From a virus: a stretch of 64,000 nt of DNA. Each line of letters opens with the position of its first letter. Positions within the stretch are counted from its first letter, which is position 1. Both the position numbers and the translations under genes were made by a program. The stretch lies in the IMG/VR virus record IMGVR_UViG_3300023235_000014. One strand, written 5' to 3'. Shown piece after piece: positions 1 to 10,859 of this stretch. The notes under the pieces were generated by a model, which was given only the letters and a program-made list of their open reading frames with translations, did not search any database and had not been told where the DNA came from.

Positions 1-1
1 G

Positions 2-883
2 ATTGAGCAAACTTCGGCTGACATTACTAGCCGTGGCATTAATCAATTCTCTGGACCGCTTGCAATCAAGCGTCGTCTTGAAAAAGGCGACCGTGACTAT
101 CAGAACTTGATCAATAAAATGGGCTTCAAGCACCTGTCGGAAGTTCCATCTACCAGAAGAGACACGGGTGAGTTGGCTAACCAGATTGAGGTTACCCAAG
201 GTGGACTTCTGGAAACACGAGTCTCCTCAAACAACATGTGGGAGATTATTACGATTCCACAGCCTCAATTTTTCACTGCAACTTATGAAGTTATCTTCTG
301 GACGAGTTTTACGCAGCACATGAACTACTTGATTGAAACATTCATGTCCTCTTTCCTGCCAAATGACAGGATTCACAAGTTAGTAACAGACAAGGGTTAT
401 TGGTTCCTTGCTTATACTGAAGACCAGTATCCAAACCAAGAAAACATTGACGACTTCACGGAAGACGAGCGTATCCTTCGATATTCTATGACCGTGAAGG
501 TAAAGGGATACGTGTTGGCTCCGCAACATCCAACCAACGCTGTTCCCGTCAGACGCTGGGTCTCTGCACCCAACGTTACGTTTGATATAAGAAGCTACAA
601 TACCGAAGTGGTAGAAGCAAAGCACATGAACAGACCTCCTCAGAAAAATTCTGACAATCCTGGCACATTTGCTCTTACAGATATTGAACGAGACCCAAAC
701 ACAAAGCAAACTCCTACCACGGATGAACGATACCTGGTAAGGAAGGATGTTATCGATGCTCGCACAGGAAACAAGAGGCCACGTTATGTGTCCATTCTTG
801 AGTCAAATGAGAAAAAAGGCGAGACTGTTTACAGGGCATCAGATATAGAAACACTAGAGCAATTTATTAAGACGCTCAAATAA
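2..883 (+). CDS. gp15-like tail sheath stabilizer / tail completion protein. The 5' end lies outside the window: the frame is open from position 2
   Basis: Frame open upstream of the first ATG (107) to the window edge. Segments 'ATYEVIFWTSFTQHMNYLIETFMSSF' and 'ERILRYSMTVKVKGYVLAP' match T4 gp15 ('MIYELSIFTRYEDDMFQIVEQILPYF', 'RRRIEWSLTFEVNGWMYPP'). Lies directly upstream of the sheath gene, as in T4. Confidence 0.55.
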   Translation: MEQTSADITSRGINQFSGPLAIKRRLEKGDRDYQNLINKMGFKHLSEVPSTRRDTGELANQIEVTQGGLLETRVSSNNMWEIITIPQPQFFTATYEVIFWTSFTQHMNYLIETFMSSFLPNDRIHKLVTDKGYWFLAYTEDQYPNQENIDDFTEDERILRYSMTVKVKGYVLAPQHPTNAVPVRRWVSAPNVTFDIRSYNTEVVEAKHMNRPPQKNSDNPGTFALTDIERDPNTKQTPTTDERYLVRKDVIDARTGNKRPRYVSILESNEKKGETVYRASDIETLEQFIKTLK

Positions 884-953
884 TGAGATTTCTAAGAATC
901 AATGTCCTAATTAGTTAGGGACTACCTGCACTTTTCAGGCAAAGGAACAAAAC

Positions 954-3900
954 ATGGCCAGCCAGATTTTCAATTTTCCAGGTTTCTTCGACAGAGAAAT
1001 CGATCTTTCAGCACGGGAGGAAAGCCCTACGGGCACTCCAGCTGGCGTGATCGGTGGCTCCGAAAGAGGCCCAGCATTCGTACCATACACCGTTGGTTCA
1101 TTTGCTGACTACAGAACAATTTTCGGTGATCTTAACACAAGATACGCTGCTCCGTATGCGGCAGATAAATTTTTGGCGAATCGTTCAGCTCTGACTTTCA
1201 TCAGAATTTTGAACGCTGGCGCAAACGAGACTAGCACAGATATTGACACGACCCGTACACAAGGCACTGTCAAGAATGCTGGTTTTATAATCAGTGGTGC
1301 AGCTGAAGTTCCAGGTAACGAGGCCGTAGCTCAGGGCGTAGTCCAGTTTATCGTAGCAAATCATTACGTATCTGGCAATGAAGCCTATGGCTTGCCCATG
1401 TTTACCGATAATGACTCTTTTGCCACTGGGTCTGACGGTGCTTGGAACGGTTATGCCAATCTTGTGCGTGGCGTGATCTTTTGTGCAAGCGGAACCCGTA
1501 TGCAAATCCTTAGTCACGATCAGTACTACAGTGAAACTTCTGACGACGCTGCTACTCCTAGCGACACCACTCGTTACTTCAAGATTGCAATTTCTTCTTC
1601 CCTAGGCACTTCGTTTGGTAACGATGAGGGATTTGATGGTGTTAGAATCTTTACGGCTTCCCTGAATCCAACCGAAGACAACTATTTCGCTAAGCTTTTG
1701 AACACAGACCCAGAGAGGTTCGCCGATGAGAGACACTTGGTTTACGCCGATTACGCAGTGGATGCTGAAATTGCAACATTGGAGTCTGGAATTGACTCAG
1801 TTGCTATCGCTAGCGGCAGCGCTTCTACTTCTTCTACCTCTGGTGATTCTTCTCTGCCTTTCCTAAATGCATTCGGCAGATTTGACACACGTTACACCGC
1901 TCCTAAGTCACCATGGTTCATCTCACAGCCATACGGTGAGACCGAACATGACCTCTTCTACATTGAAGCAATCGATGATGGTGCATATGCCAACTCACGG
2001 ATCAAGGTATCCATCCTTGATATCCAGAAATCGGCCAACCCTAAGGACAAATATGGAACCTTTAACTTGGTTGTCCGTGATTTCTTTGACACAGACGTAG
2101 AACCACGAATCCTTGAGCAGTTCAGCAACATGACGCTCAATCCAGATTCGGACAACTACATCGGTAAAGTCATCGGAGATAAGAAGGCTCGCTTTAACTT
2201 CGATGCAGCGGATGTCTCAGATCGACGTTTGCTTACCACGGGCAAGTTCGCTAATCGTTCACGCAATGTCCGAGTAGTCATCTCTGACCAGGTGGCTAAA
2301 AAGGCAGTTCCTGCTGACGCTGTCCCATTCGGCTTCCGTGGTGTTGAAGTTCTTAACACCAACAGCGCTCTTGTAGACACCACAGGCTCAGCTGCTACTG
2401 ATCGCCTGTACCTCAGAAGTACTGGAACTCTTGATACGCATGGACGACTTCTAGGTGCCATTGTTCCTCCGATTCCACATCGATACAAGGTAACTCGTGG
2501 AGCTACTGACACCGATGGCTCACGTCTTGCAGGAGCACCAGGGACTACTGAAATCACTGATGGTCGTTACTACTGGGGTGTGAAGTTCACACGTAACAGC
2601 AATGCTCTCAACCCTAACGTCGTTGAACTAGAAAACAAGCTCATTAAATCCATGACTAAGTTCGCTGGGATTAGTAAGCTTGACATGTTGGTGACTGGCT
2701 CTCAAAAGGATACCTTCAATAACAACAAGTTTACGCTTGCCCGTGTTGCCCTGGGCAACGGAGCGTTGGCGGACATCACATCATCTGTAAACAAGCACAT
2801 GAAGGAAACAGTGTATTTCAGGAATGGTAGACCTGATGGCTTTGAGTACAAGATTATTGATCCAATGACTGATGACAGCCGCATTACTTTTGCAACTCTA
2901 TATCAGAAGGGTGCGACTGCTTCTGACTTCAACAAGTTCACCAACTTTACCAAATTCACTACGTTCCTTTATGGCGGTTTCGATGGGACTAACATCCTGG
3001 ATAAGAACGCTGCTACTTTCAACGACCGTTCAACATCTGCTGAAACACGTACGTCTGACGGTGAGATCGGAAATGCAGCAGCTACATTCACCTCACCAGG
3101 TCTCGCAAGCAATGTAAACGGCGCTGGAATCTCCAACTCCACTGTGGCCTCATACCGAGCAGCTTCCGACATCGTTACTGATGCAATCGCTTCGAACGTG
3201 AATATTGTGGCGACGCCAGGTCAGCGTGACCCACTCGTTACTGATTATGTCTCGGACGCTGTTCGTGACTTCGGCATTGCTTTCTATGTAATGGACATCC
3301 CGCTATATGACTCAGATATTGAGCGAATTTGGGATGATGAGACAAGTAAATATGTTGACGTTGAACAGACAGCAAATTCCTTTGAGCTTCGTGCTCTTGA
3401 CAATGAGTATGCTGGTGCCTACTTCCCAGATGTTGTCATTGAAGACATCGTAAACCGTCGTCGTGTGACGGTTCCTTCAACCGTCGGTGCCATTGCTGCA
3501 CTTGGCTTCAACGATAGAATCGCATATCCTTGGTTCGCCCCAGCTGGTTTCAACCGAGCTTCCCTTGACTTCGTTACGAAGACCAAGGTCAAGATCAAGC
3601 AACCAGAACGTGAGCGTCTTTTCGCAATCCACGTGAACCCAATCACAAAGTTCCCAGGCACCGCTGCCAATGTAATCTTCGCCCAAAATACACTTGAACA
3701 GGCTGAGTCAGCACTCGGCTCGATCAATGTTGTTCGAATGCTCAATGAGCTAAAGCGTCAGATTATCGATATTGGTAATCGCACAATCTGGGAGCAGATC
3801 ACCCCAACCATCTACACCGAGCTTGAGAAGTCATTCCGAAATGTTTTGAACACCATTACTTCACGTGCGGGTATCGAGCGTTACGATGTTGTTGTTGATG

Positions 3901-4034
3901 AAAGAAACAACACGAACGTTGACCGTGATAACAACAAGGTCAATGTTCGAATCGTCCTTGTACCAACCAGAGCAGTTGAGTTTATCGCTGTTGACTTCAT
4001 CATCACTCGCAGTGGAGTACAGTTCGCCAGCTAA
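954..4034 (+). CDS. Tail sheath protein, gp18-like (paralog A, 1026 aa)
   Basis: N-terminal 'GTPAGVIGGSERGPAFVP' and C-terminal 'PWFAPAGFNRASLDF' match the T4 gp18 sheath motifs ('GPAF', 'WMSPAGYNRG'). RBS AAAGGAAC 7 nt upstream of the ATG. Confidence 0.85.
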   Translation: MASQIFNFPGFFDREIDLSAREESPTGTPAGVIGGSERGPAFVPYTVGSFADYRTIFGDLNTRYAAPYAADKFLANRSALTFIRILNAGANETSTDIDTTRTQGTVKNAGFIISGAAEVPGNEAVAQGVVQFIVANHYVSGNEAYGLPMFTDNDSFATGSDGAWNGYANLVRGVIFCASGTRMQILSHDQYYSETSDDAATPSDTTRYFKIAISSSLGTSFGNDEGFDGVRIFTASLNPTEDNYFAKLLNTDPERFADERHLVYADYAVDAEIATLESGIDSVAIASGSASTSSTSGDSSLPFLNAFGRFDTRYTAPKSPWFISQPYGETEHDLFYIEAIDDGAYANSRIKVSILDIQKSANPKDKYGTFNLVVRDFFDTDVEPRILEQFSNMTLNPDSDNYIGKVIGDKKARFNFDAADVSDRRLLTTGKFANRSRNVRVVISDQVAKKAVPADAVPFGFRGVEVLNTNSALVDTTGSAATDRLYLRSTGTLDTHGRLLGAIVPPIPHRYKVTRGATDTDGSRLAGAPGTTEITDGRYYWGVKFTRNSNALNPNVVELENKLIKSMTKFAGISKLDMLVTGSQKDTFNNNKFTLARVALGNGALADITSSVNKHMKETVYFRNGRPDGFEYKIIDPMTDDSRITFATLYQKGATASDFNKFTNFTKFTTFLYGGFDGTNILDKNAATFNDRSTSAETRTSDGEIGNAAATFTSPGLASNVNGAGISNSTVASYRAASDIVTDAIASNVNIVATPGQRDPLVTDYVSDAVRDFGIAFYVMDIPLYDSDIERIWDDETSKYVDVEQTANSFELRALDNEYAGAYFPDVVIEDIVNRRRVTVPSTVGAIAALGFNDRIAYPWFAPAGFNRASLDFVTKTKVKIKQPERERLFAIHVNPITKFPGTAANVIFAQNTLEQAESALGSINVVRMLNELKRQIIDIGNRTIWEQITPTIYTELEKSFRNVLNTITSRAGIERYDVVVDERNNTNVDRDNNKVNVRIVLVPTRAVEFIAVDFIITRSGVQFAS

Positions 4035-4075
4035 CGCAAAACGGTACCTGTGTCATATACTAACTCTATGCCCAA

Positions 4076-5068
4076 ATGTGGTTAACAATGGAGTTAGAAA
4101 TGAAGAAAGAGTTCAAGGGGCACGCCAATGAAGGTGGCGTGTACCAAATCACAAATATAATCAACGGAAAAAAGTACGTTGGTTCTGCTAAAACATTCAA
4201 GACTAGAGCAGCTGGCCACGCCAGCTCGTTAAAGAACGGCAAACACCAAAACAAGCATCTGCAAGCAAGCTTCGACAAGCATGGCGCAGATGCTTTTTTG
4301 TTTGAGGTAATTGAAGTTGTTCCTGGCGACAGAGTCGCCAGGACAACAAGGGAGCAAGAGTTAATTGACGAACAACTTGGGAGTTGGGAGTCGTGCTTCA
4401 ATTTCAAAAAGAAAACGGTCTGCAAGGAAGGCCCGTGGTCAAAAACTCCGACGGAAACTCGGAAGAAAATATCCGAGTCAAGTAGGAAGATGTGGCAAAA
4501 CGATATTTTCAAAAAAAGAACCAGTAAGGCAATTAGCAAAGCTTTGCAAACACCAGAATCTAAAAAGTGTCGTTCAGAGAATTCCAAGGAAATGTGGCGC
4601 AAGCCTTCACACAGACAAAAACTTGCAAAAGTAATGAGAAAACATTCGACCAAACAAAAACTGACCTTGGCTAAGCATAGAAAAACAGCAACTGCAAATT
4701 CACGCAAAAAACGTGTAAAACATTATGGAAAAATTCTTGATCCGCTGGGCAGGATTCACGACGTAACAAACCTGGAAGAGTTTGCACGGAAGCACAATCT
4801 CGACCGATGCAACTTGCAGAAGGTATTTGAAGGCAGACATCCGTCATGCAAGGGTTGGCGAAAGTACGCTTTAGAACTTTGTGGGCTGCCGTACATACGG
4901 AACTTGAGCCATCAGGCAAAAGACTTTTTGATTGTCGACCCTCGTGGAAACACACACAAAGAAACAAACATCGCCCGCTTCGCCGCAAAACATGGGCTCA
5001 ATAAAGAAAATTTGGCAGCGGTAATAAGAGGCACTCGCAAGTCCCACAAAGGATGGACGCATGTTTAA
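4076..5068 (+). CDS. GIY-YIG homing endonuclease with NUMOD3-like repeats. The likely true start is the ATG at 4100, which is preceded by GGAG
   Basis: 'GGVYQITNIINGKKYVGSAKTFKTRAAGH...FEVIEVV' is a GIY-YIG core with conserved Arg/His/Glu. It is followed by repeated 'K.ISES.RK.WQN'-type basic helices. Inserted between the two sheath paralogs. Confidence 0.8.
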   Translation: MWLTMELEMKKEFKGHANEGGVYQITNIINGKKYVGSAKTFKTRAAGHASSLKNGKHQNKHLQASFDKHGADAFLFEVIEVVPGDRVARTTREQELIDEQLGSWESCFNFKKKTVCKEGPWSKTPTETRKKISESSRKMWQNDIFKKRTSKAISKALQTPESKKCRSENSKEMWRKPSHRQKLAKVMRKHSTKQKLTLAKHRKTATANSRKKRVKHYGKILDPLGRIHDVTNLEEFARKHNLDRCNLQKVFEGRHPSCKGWRKYALELCGLPYIRNLSHQAKDFLIVDPRGNTHKETNIARFAAKHGLNKENLAAVIRGTRKSHKGWTHV

Positions 5069-5165
5069 CAACACAGTTCTACCTATTTACTCGTTGTGTA
5101 GGATATAAGATGAGACGACCCAATAGTTACTTATCAGAGATTAGCAACCTAATCGGAGAGAATTC

Positions 5166-8100
5166 ATGACTACCATCAATTTCAAAAGCGCAGGTGTATC
5201 TGCCCGTGTTATTAACCTGACTGGCCCAACCGCCGTTCAACCAGTCGGTATTCCAGCTGGCGTTATTGGAACATCAGTAAAGGGACCTGCGTTTGTACCA
5301 ACTACTGTTGCAACCACTCAGGACTTTACCGTGGTCTTTGGAGCGCCAGCTGACGGTGCTGTCAACGGACCATTGGCGGTAGGTGAGTGGCTTCGTAATC
5401 AACAGGCCGCAACCTTCCTGCGTGTTCTTGGTGTAGGCCAGGCTAGACGTCGAGAGACTTCGGGCGATAACCAAGGTCGAGTTGTTGGTGCGGGTTTTGT
5501 CGTTGGTGGCAGGCAGCCATCTACTGATGGCGCCTTGGTTGATAATGCTTACGCAAACACAGGTGGACCCGAAGGACGTCTTTACTTTCTGAATGCATTT
5601 ATGTCCGAGGCAAACAGCTCTGGGCTTCTTACTTCTGCTGGCCTTTCAAGTGACGGCGTTCCGCTTGTTCGTGCTGTCCTAATGGCAGCTTCTGGAGTAA
5701 TTCTTCGACTTTCCTCTTCGATAACTGGAGTTGCCTCGACCGCTCCTGCTGCATCATTAGTCTCAACTGAGGCTACCGTTACTGGTACCATGCTAGGTGC
5801 AATAAATTTAAATGGCGGTCGTCAAGAATTTGTCCTTTTCCTAAATGGTCACAAGGGCTCGGATGTACTATACCCTCGTGTTATCACGGCATCTCTTGAC
5901 ATCGAAGCACCAAACTACCTTGGCCGTGTGCTAAACACCGACCCTCTCCTTATGGAGAAGGCGGGCCACGTACTTTACGCAGATTGGTCTGTCCACTCCA
6001 ACCTTGCAGTTGTGACTTCTTCAAATGCAGTATCAACTTTTGCAAGTGGCGTAAATCCAAGCATCGCTGTTGGTGTTGAGCCAGCTATTTTCCTTGCGAC
6101 TGGCTCTAATGCCAGAAACTCGGGTTCGGTCGTGGCCCCAAGTTTCGAAAACTTTGAAGACCGCTTCAAGACGCCCAAGTCTCCCTGGATCGTGTCACAG
6201 AAGTTTGGTGGCAAGCCTAAGAACCTTATCCGTATCCATACACTGAGCGATGGTGCCTACGAGAATGAACAAATCAAGTGGTCTATCGAGAACTTGACTC
6301 CATCCGTTTCAGACGCACAGCCTTACGGTACATTTGACCTACTTGTTCGTCGTTTCGACGACACTGACAAAAGGCGTGAAGTAACCGAAGCCTGGAGGAA
6401 CCTGTCTCTTAACCCAAGCTCAGACAACTATGTTGCACGAGTTATTGGTGACACACACGTGTTCTACAACTTCGAATCTGCCGAGGGTTCACAGAAGATT
6501 ACAGAAAATGGCGAATACCCTAACCGTTCTAGCCTGATCCGTGTTGAAGTCTCTAACCTTGTAGACAACCAAGAGGTTGATGACTCAGCCCTTCCAATGG
6601 GTTTCCGTGGAATCCCCCACTTGGTTACTTCGGGTACAACAGCCCTAGCACCACTTACTAGCGCCACCGCTTTTGATGGTATCTTTAGCTCTAGCGCTGA
6701 GCCTGCATACAACGTAGTGCAGATGCCAGTTCAGTTCCGTGACAACCTAAACATAGGCTCGTCGGCAGCCCAACGACCAGACAAGGGATTGTACTGGGGC
6801 ATTCAGTTTGAGCGCAAACTTACTGTGGCTGAGTCTAACTCGACCACCGAACCCGAGCGAAGCATCGCCGCCTTTACACGTTACTTCCCAGACTTCCAAA
6901 CAGCCTGGCAGAGTGTGCTCGTTTCTAATAACGAGGGTGTGGCTGACGTTTCAGGTTCGGTTTTGGATGCTGACCGCTTCAACAACAATCTGTTTACTCT
7001 TGAGAACGTCAGGATTGTTCAGACAGCTGCTGGTTTGGCTGACACTGTGTCTCTTGTTAGTTGGAGCTACATGAGACAAGGGAATATCACCACCAACAGC
7101 ACCTGGAGACCGCTCGCTTCGTCCGACCTTACAGACGCATCTGTACGTCAGGTAGCTAAGTTTAGTGGCATTATTCAAGGTGGTTTCGACGGTGTGCGTA
7201 TCTTTGATGAAGATACCTCTGATATTACCAACAAGGCAATCACCGAAGAGATGAACAACTCAAATCGTGGTACATCTGACGGTCCATCTGTCAAGTCTTA
7301 CGCAACTGCTCTTGAGATTATGTCTGATGATACAGAAACTGACATTCAGCTTCTTGCTATCCCAGGCATCCGTCACCCAATCATTACAGATAACGCTACT
7401 CTCAAGACTGAAGACCGCTTTGATGCCATGTACCTCATGGACATTGAGGAGTATGACACGCTCAATGCTCCATTTACAGGTTCAAGTGAACAAGACTTGT
7501 CGGTTCGTTTCACCGCAAACAACCATAGTGCTCGTGGCCTGAACTCTTCATTCGCTGCTGCGTACTTCCCTGACCTCATCGTACGAGACGCATTCAACAA
7601 CACTATCCGTCAGGTTCCACCGTCGGTAGCTGTTCTCGGTGCATTTGCACTCAATGATTCCATTGGATTCCCATGGTACGCACCAGCAGGTTTCGCCCGT
7701 GGCGCCCTACAGACAACTGAAGAGGCTTTCATCCCGCTTAACCGTGACAACATGAATGCCTTGCAGGATGTCAAAGTCAACCCGCTTGTTTCCTTTGCAG
7801 GTTCAGAAGGTGTAGTTGTCTGGGGTCAGCGCACTCTCCTCGGCAAGGACTCAGCTCTTGAGCGTGTAAATGTTCGTAGACTGCTTATCAGCCTTCGTCG
7901 ACAAGTCCGCCAGGTCGCCCGTCGCTTCATCTTCGAGCCAGGCCGTGAAGAAACCCTTGCAAGGTTTTCACAGCTTGTAAATCCAATCATGAAGAGGGTC
8001 CAAGACCAGAAGGGTGTTGAGCGCTTCTTGGTGAGAATCGATACCACAACCACCACTCAAACGGACGTTGAAAACCGTACCATTCGTGGTCAGATTTTCC

Positions 8101-8180
8101 TTGTCCCAACCAAGACCCTTGAGTTCTTGTCCATTGATTTCGTTGTAACCAACCAGGGTAACTTCGTCACCAGCGTATAG
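5166..8180 (+). CDS. Tail sheath protein, gp18-like (paralog B, 1004 aa)
   Basis: 'GIPAGVIGTSVKGPAFVP' and 'PWYAPAGFARGALQ' match sheath motifs. Collinear similarity to paralog A throughout, e.g. 'FKTPKSPWIVSQ' vs 'YTAPKSPWFISQ'. RBS GGAGAG. Confidence 0.85.
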   Translation: MTTINFKSAGVSARVINLTGPTAVQPVGIPAGVIGTSVKGPAFVPTTVATTQDFTVVFGAPADGAVNGPLAVGEWLRNQQAATFLRVLGVGQARRRETSGDNQGRVVGAGFVVGGRQPSTDGALVDNAYANTGGPEGRLYFLNAFMSEANSSGLLTSAGLSSDGVPLVRAVLMAASGVILRLSSSITGVASTAPAASLVSTEATVTGTMLGAINLNGGRQEFVLFLNGHKGSDVLYPRVITASLDIEAPNYLGRVLNTDPLLMEKAGHVLYADWSVHSNLAVVTSSNAVSTFASGVNPSIAVGVEPAIFLATGSNARNSGSVVAPSFENFEDRFKTPKSPWIVSQKFGGKPKNLIRIHTLSDGAYENEQIKWSIENLTPSVSDAQPYGTFDLLVRRFDDTDKRREVTEAWRNLSLNPSSDNYVARVIGDTHVFYNFESAEGSQKITENGEYPNRSSLIRVEVSNLVDNQEVDDSALPMGFRGIPHLVTSGTTALAPLTSATAFDGIFSSSAEPAYNVVQMPVQFRDNLNIGSSAAQRPDKGLYWGIQFERKLTVAESNSTTEPERSIAAFTRYFPDFQTAWQSVLVSNNEGVADVSGSVLDADRFNNNLFTLENVRIVQTAAGLADTVSLVSWSYMRQGNITTNSTWRPLASSDLTDASVRQVAKFSGIIQGGFDGVRIFDEDTSDITNKAITEEMNNSNRGTSDGPSVKSYATALEIMSDDTETDIQLLAIPGIRHPIITDNATLKTEDRFDAMYLMDIEEYDTLNAPFTGSSEQDLSVRFTANNHSARGLNSSFAAAYFPDLIVRDAFNNTIRQVPPSVAVLGAFALNDSIGFPWYAPAGFARGALQTTEEAFIPLNRDNMNALQDVKVNPLVSFAGSEGVVVWGQRTLLGKDSALERVNVRRLLISLRRQVRQVARRFIFEPGREETLARFSQLVNPIMKRVQDQKGVERFLVRIDTTTTTQTDVENRTIRGQIFLVPTKTLEFLSIDFVVTNQGNFVTSV

Positions 8181-8201
8181 GTCCAAACCTAAAGGAAATC
8201 C

Positions 8202-9455
8202 GTGAAGCTCACGAAAGTTCAACTAAAAGAGATGATTCGTCAGGCTGTTAGGCAACAGCTTGGCGAGTCGCCAATTGAAGAAACAGTATATATTGGTTCA
8301 ATCAAAAAGGGCATGGCGGCTGGAAAGGCTGCTGCGAACCGTGTTGATAGTCCTTCATACCGTTCTTCAAAAGGCGAAACCTGGGAAGAAGAGCTTGGCC
8401 GCATAGACAAGCAAGCTAAACTTAAAAGGGACATGGAACGACGATTTGCCTCCGCAGGTAAGTACTGGAAGAAGGTATTTGGTGAGGAGGCTAATGTTTA
8501 CTACATGCAAGCCCAAATTGATGTCGGCGGCCCATTTAGGGTGAATATCAAACTAGAAGAACGTGATTCTTTTGCCGAACAAATCTTTGTAGTGAGCCTA
8601 CTGAAAACAACCCAGACACTTGAAACGAAAGACTTCGGCATCGGCATCGGGGCCAAAGAAAATATCGCCCGCTACGTCAAGAAAATGAAGAAGAAGTTTC
8701 AACAGGGTGGACTAAGCGAAGGTCATATGGCTAAAAGCCTAAGGCTTATACTTAGAGAAAATGAAAACAGACCTATGAAAGTTAACAAAAGACAGTTACA
8801 AGAGATGGTTCGTTTGGCTATCCGCAAGCAGCTAAACGAGCGCCACGGCGTTTATTCCCCTGATGGCGGAATGTCTCAGAATGATATCGCAATCCACTTG
8901 GAAAAAGAACGTGAAAAGAAGCGTAAAAGTGATGACGTCAACAAGAAACGCCAGGCTACCAAGAAATCTGCTCGGGGCATGGAACTTGAATGCGGTCCAG
9001 ACATGGACCGTAGGCCCGACAGGAATAAAGAACCACGTAAGCTATCGGATTTATTTGCAGACGGCGACAGAGAGCTAGGAGAGGCCATGTACGAGCAATC
9101 TGGTGGTACCATGGATGACTTCTGTTCAGCTTATATTGAAGCAGCTCTTTGGAGCAGCACAGATGATTCAAGTGGCCAGCCTTTAGACGTGAACTACGAA
9201 TCTGCTGACATCTCCGAAGAGACTCTTAGAAAAATGCAATCTGATTGCGACAAGTTTCAGGAGCTTGCAGGTGAAATGATTGATGGGCGTGAAGAGAGGG
9301 CTGGACACGATTTCTGGCTAACCCGCAATGGACATGGTTCTGGCTTTGCTGATGGACAGTGGCCTGAATACGAAAAAGAGTTAACAGAACTTTCAAAAAA
9401 GTTTGGTGAGACATGGCTCATCGTTGGCGATAATAATGAAATTGAAGGAATGTAA
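8202..9455 (+). CDS. Putative internal head/packaged protein with two tandem modules, each beginning with the type-A propeptide (GTG start)
   Basis: N-terminal 'MKLTKVQLKEMIRQAVRQQLGE' and internal 'MKVNKRQLQEMVRLAIRKQLNE' (near nt 8777). RBS AAAGGAAA before the GTG. Confidence 0.6.
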   Translation: MKLTKVQLKEMIRQAVRQQLGESPIEETVYIGSIKKGMAAGKAAANRVDSPSYRSSKGETWEEELGRIDKQAKLKRDMERRFASAGKYWKKVFGEEANVYYMQAQIDVGGPFRVNIKLEERDSFAEQIFVVSLLKTTQTLETKDFGIGIGAKENIARYVKKMKKKFQQGGLSEGHMAKSLRLILRENENRPMKVNKRQLQEMVRLAIRKQLNERHGVYSPDGGMSQNDIAIHLEKEREKKRKSDDVNKKRQATKKSARGMELECGPDMDRRPDRNKEPRKLSDLFADGDRELGEAMYEQSGGTMDDFCSAYIEAALWSSTDDSSGQPLDVNYESADISEETLRKMQSDCDKFQELAGEMIDGREERAGHDFWLTRNGHGSGFADGQWPEYEKELTELSKKFGETWLIVGDNNEIEGM

Positions 9456-9457
9456 AA

Positions 9458-10125
9458 TGAATTTTGAACTAATATTGAAAGAGGGATTTGACACTGATGA
9501 TTCGGTTGTCAGGGAGCTGAAGATCTTCATCGACAATGATGGTGAGCTTTACCGTCAGCGCACAATGCCCATTATGAAGAACCTCGCACGAAAAATGCGA
9601 AAGGGCAACTACGATCCAAGCAAGGCAACCAAACTCTGGATGTACCTTGTAAATGATGGTGCCAAAAAATACGCCAAGGAATTTGGCGGCGATCCTAAGG
9701 GCTGGCATGAAATGTTCCCAAAGGCAATTCGTATGGCTGTAGCTCAAGAACTAGCTGATGAATTTCAAAGTGAGGTTGACGCTGGCGGGTACGATGTTGA
9801 GGAACTCTCAATGAGGGAAAACAAAGTTGTTCGTGTCTCAAAAAGTCAACTAAGAGAAATGGTCCGCAAGACTATCCGCAAACAGCTCAATGAGGCTGCT
9901 GGGTCCCGTGAGTGGGACTTACTTGAGAAAATTCGTGATGGTGGTGCAGATGACACCTCCATCCTTGAGGAACTCATGAGAGCCATGTCTTCAGTCGAAG
10001 CTACTCAAAACCTTGAGTGGATTGCACAAATGTGGGATGTCGAACTTGAGGGTGATGATGATGGCGAAGATGAAGCTTGGATGGAAGACGACGACCTTGA
10101 TGAGATCGTTGCTCCAGATTGGTAG
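9458..10125 (+). CDS. Putative packaged protein with an internal type-A propeptide; acidic C-terminus
   Basis: ATG at 9458 preceded by GAAGGAA. The ORF finder's start at 9403 overlaps the upstream gene. Internal 'VRVSKSQLREMVRKTIRKQLNEA'. Confidence 0.5.
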
Positions 10126-10131
10126 GAAAAT

Positions 10132-10566
10132 ATGAAAGTTGCTAAAAATCAACTTATACGAATGATTCGTGAGGCAGTTCGAGAGCAGCTAGACCCAAAC
10201 GATTCAGATGACAGGGGCGCTGTCCTGGCCAACTTACGCAGACGGCTTGATGGAGGTTCGAAGCTGCATGCTATCGGAGACGGGACATCGGACAACATTT
10301 ACGGGCTTGTGAAGGCCAACTCCTCTGATGAGGCTAGGACAGTAGCTCGTGAGGCTGGACTTGATGATTATGCAGTTGACGAGGTCAACAGCAACGTAGT
10401 CAGACGTCTTGAGAAGCAAGCTGCAAGCTATGCCAGGCGTCGCCAAGAGAGAAAAGCTGCCAAGTATACCAAAGATGCCAAATTAATTCAGGGGTTCTTG
10501 GATTCTGACAAAAACACCATTGACCTCGGCAACAGACCAATCATGACGGTTGACCTTGATCTCTGA
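10132..10566 (+). CDS. Putative packaged protein with type-A N-terminal propeptide
   Basis: 'MKVAKNQLIRMIREAVREQLDP'. Confidence 0.55.
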   Translation: MKVAKNQLIRMIREAVREQLDPNDSDDRGAVLANLRRRLDGGSKLHAIGDGTSDNIYGLVKANSSDEARTVAREAGLDDYAVDEVNSNVVRRLEKQAASYARRRQERKAAKYTKDAKLIQGFLDSDKNTIDLGNRPIMTVDLDL

Positions 10567-10574
10567 GATTTAAT

Positions 10575-10802
10575 GTGAAACTCACTAAAACACAATTGAA
10601 AGAGATGATCAAAGAGGCTGTGCAGAGTCAGCTTGATGAATCGGGAATTCTTGAACGTCGTGTTATGAAGCTTGATCGGTTTCGTAGTGAAGTAAATCTC
10701 TCTTCATATGAGCTTCTGGAGGATATCGTTGAAATGCTTGATGAGGACATGTGGCGTCAGGTAGTTATTGGTTTAAAAGACAAGTACGGATACAAGATCT
10801 GA
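10575..10802 (+). CDS. Small putative packaged protein with type-A propeptide (GTG start)
   Basis: 'MKLTKTQLKEMIKEAVQSQLDE'. Confidence 0.5.
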   Translation: MKLTKTQLKEMIKEAVQSQLDESGILERRVMKLDRFRSEVNLSSYELLEDIVEMLDEDMWRQVVIGLKDKYGYKI

Positions 10803-10859
10803 AAACGCCTTTTAGGTCCCTAATTTACTATAGGGGAAGTCGTTGCAACCAGGAATAAG

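Noticed and set aside
884-953. T4-type late promoter TATAAATA upstream of structural genes
   Set aside because: No TATAAATA found upstream of the sheath, MCP or tube genes by eye.
4066-4707. 213-aa minus-strand ORF
   Set aside because: Antisense to the GIY-YIG endonuclease gene, which has clear motifs.
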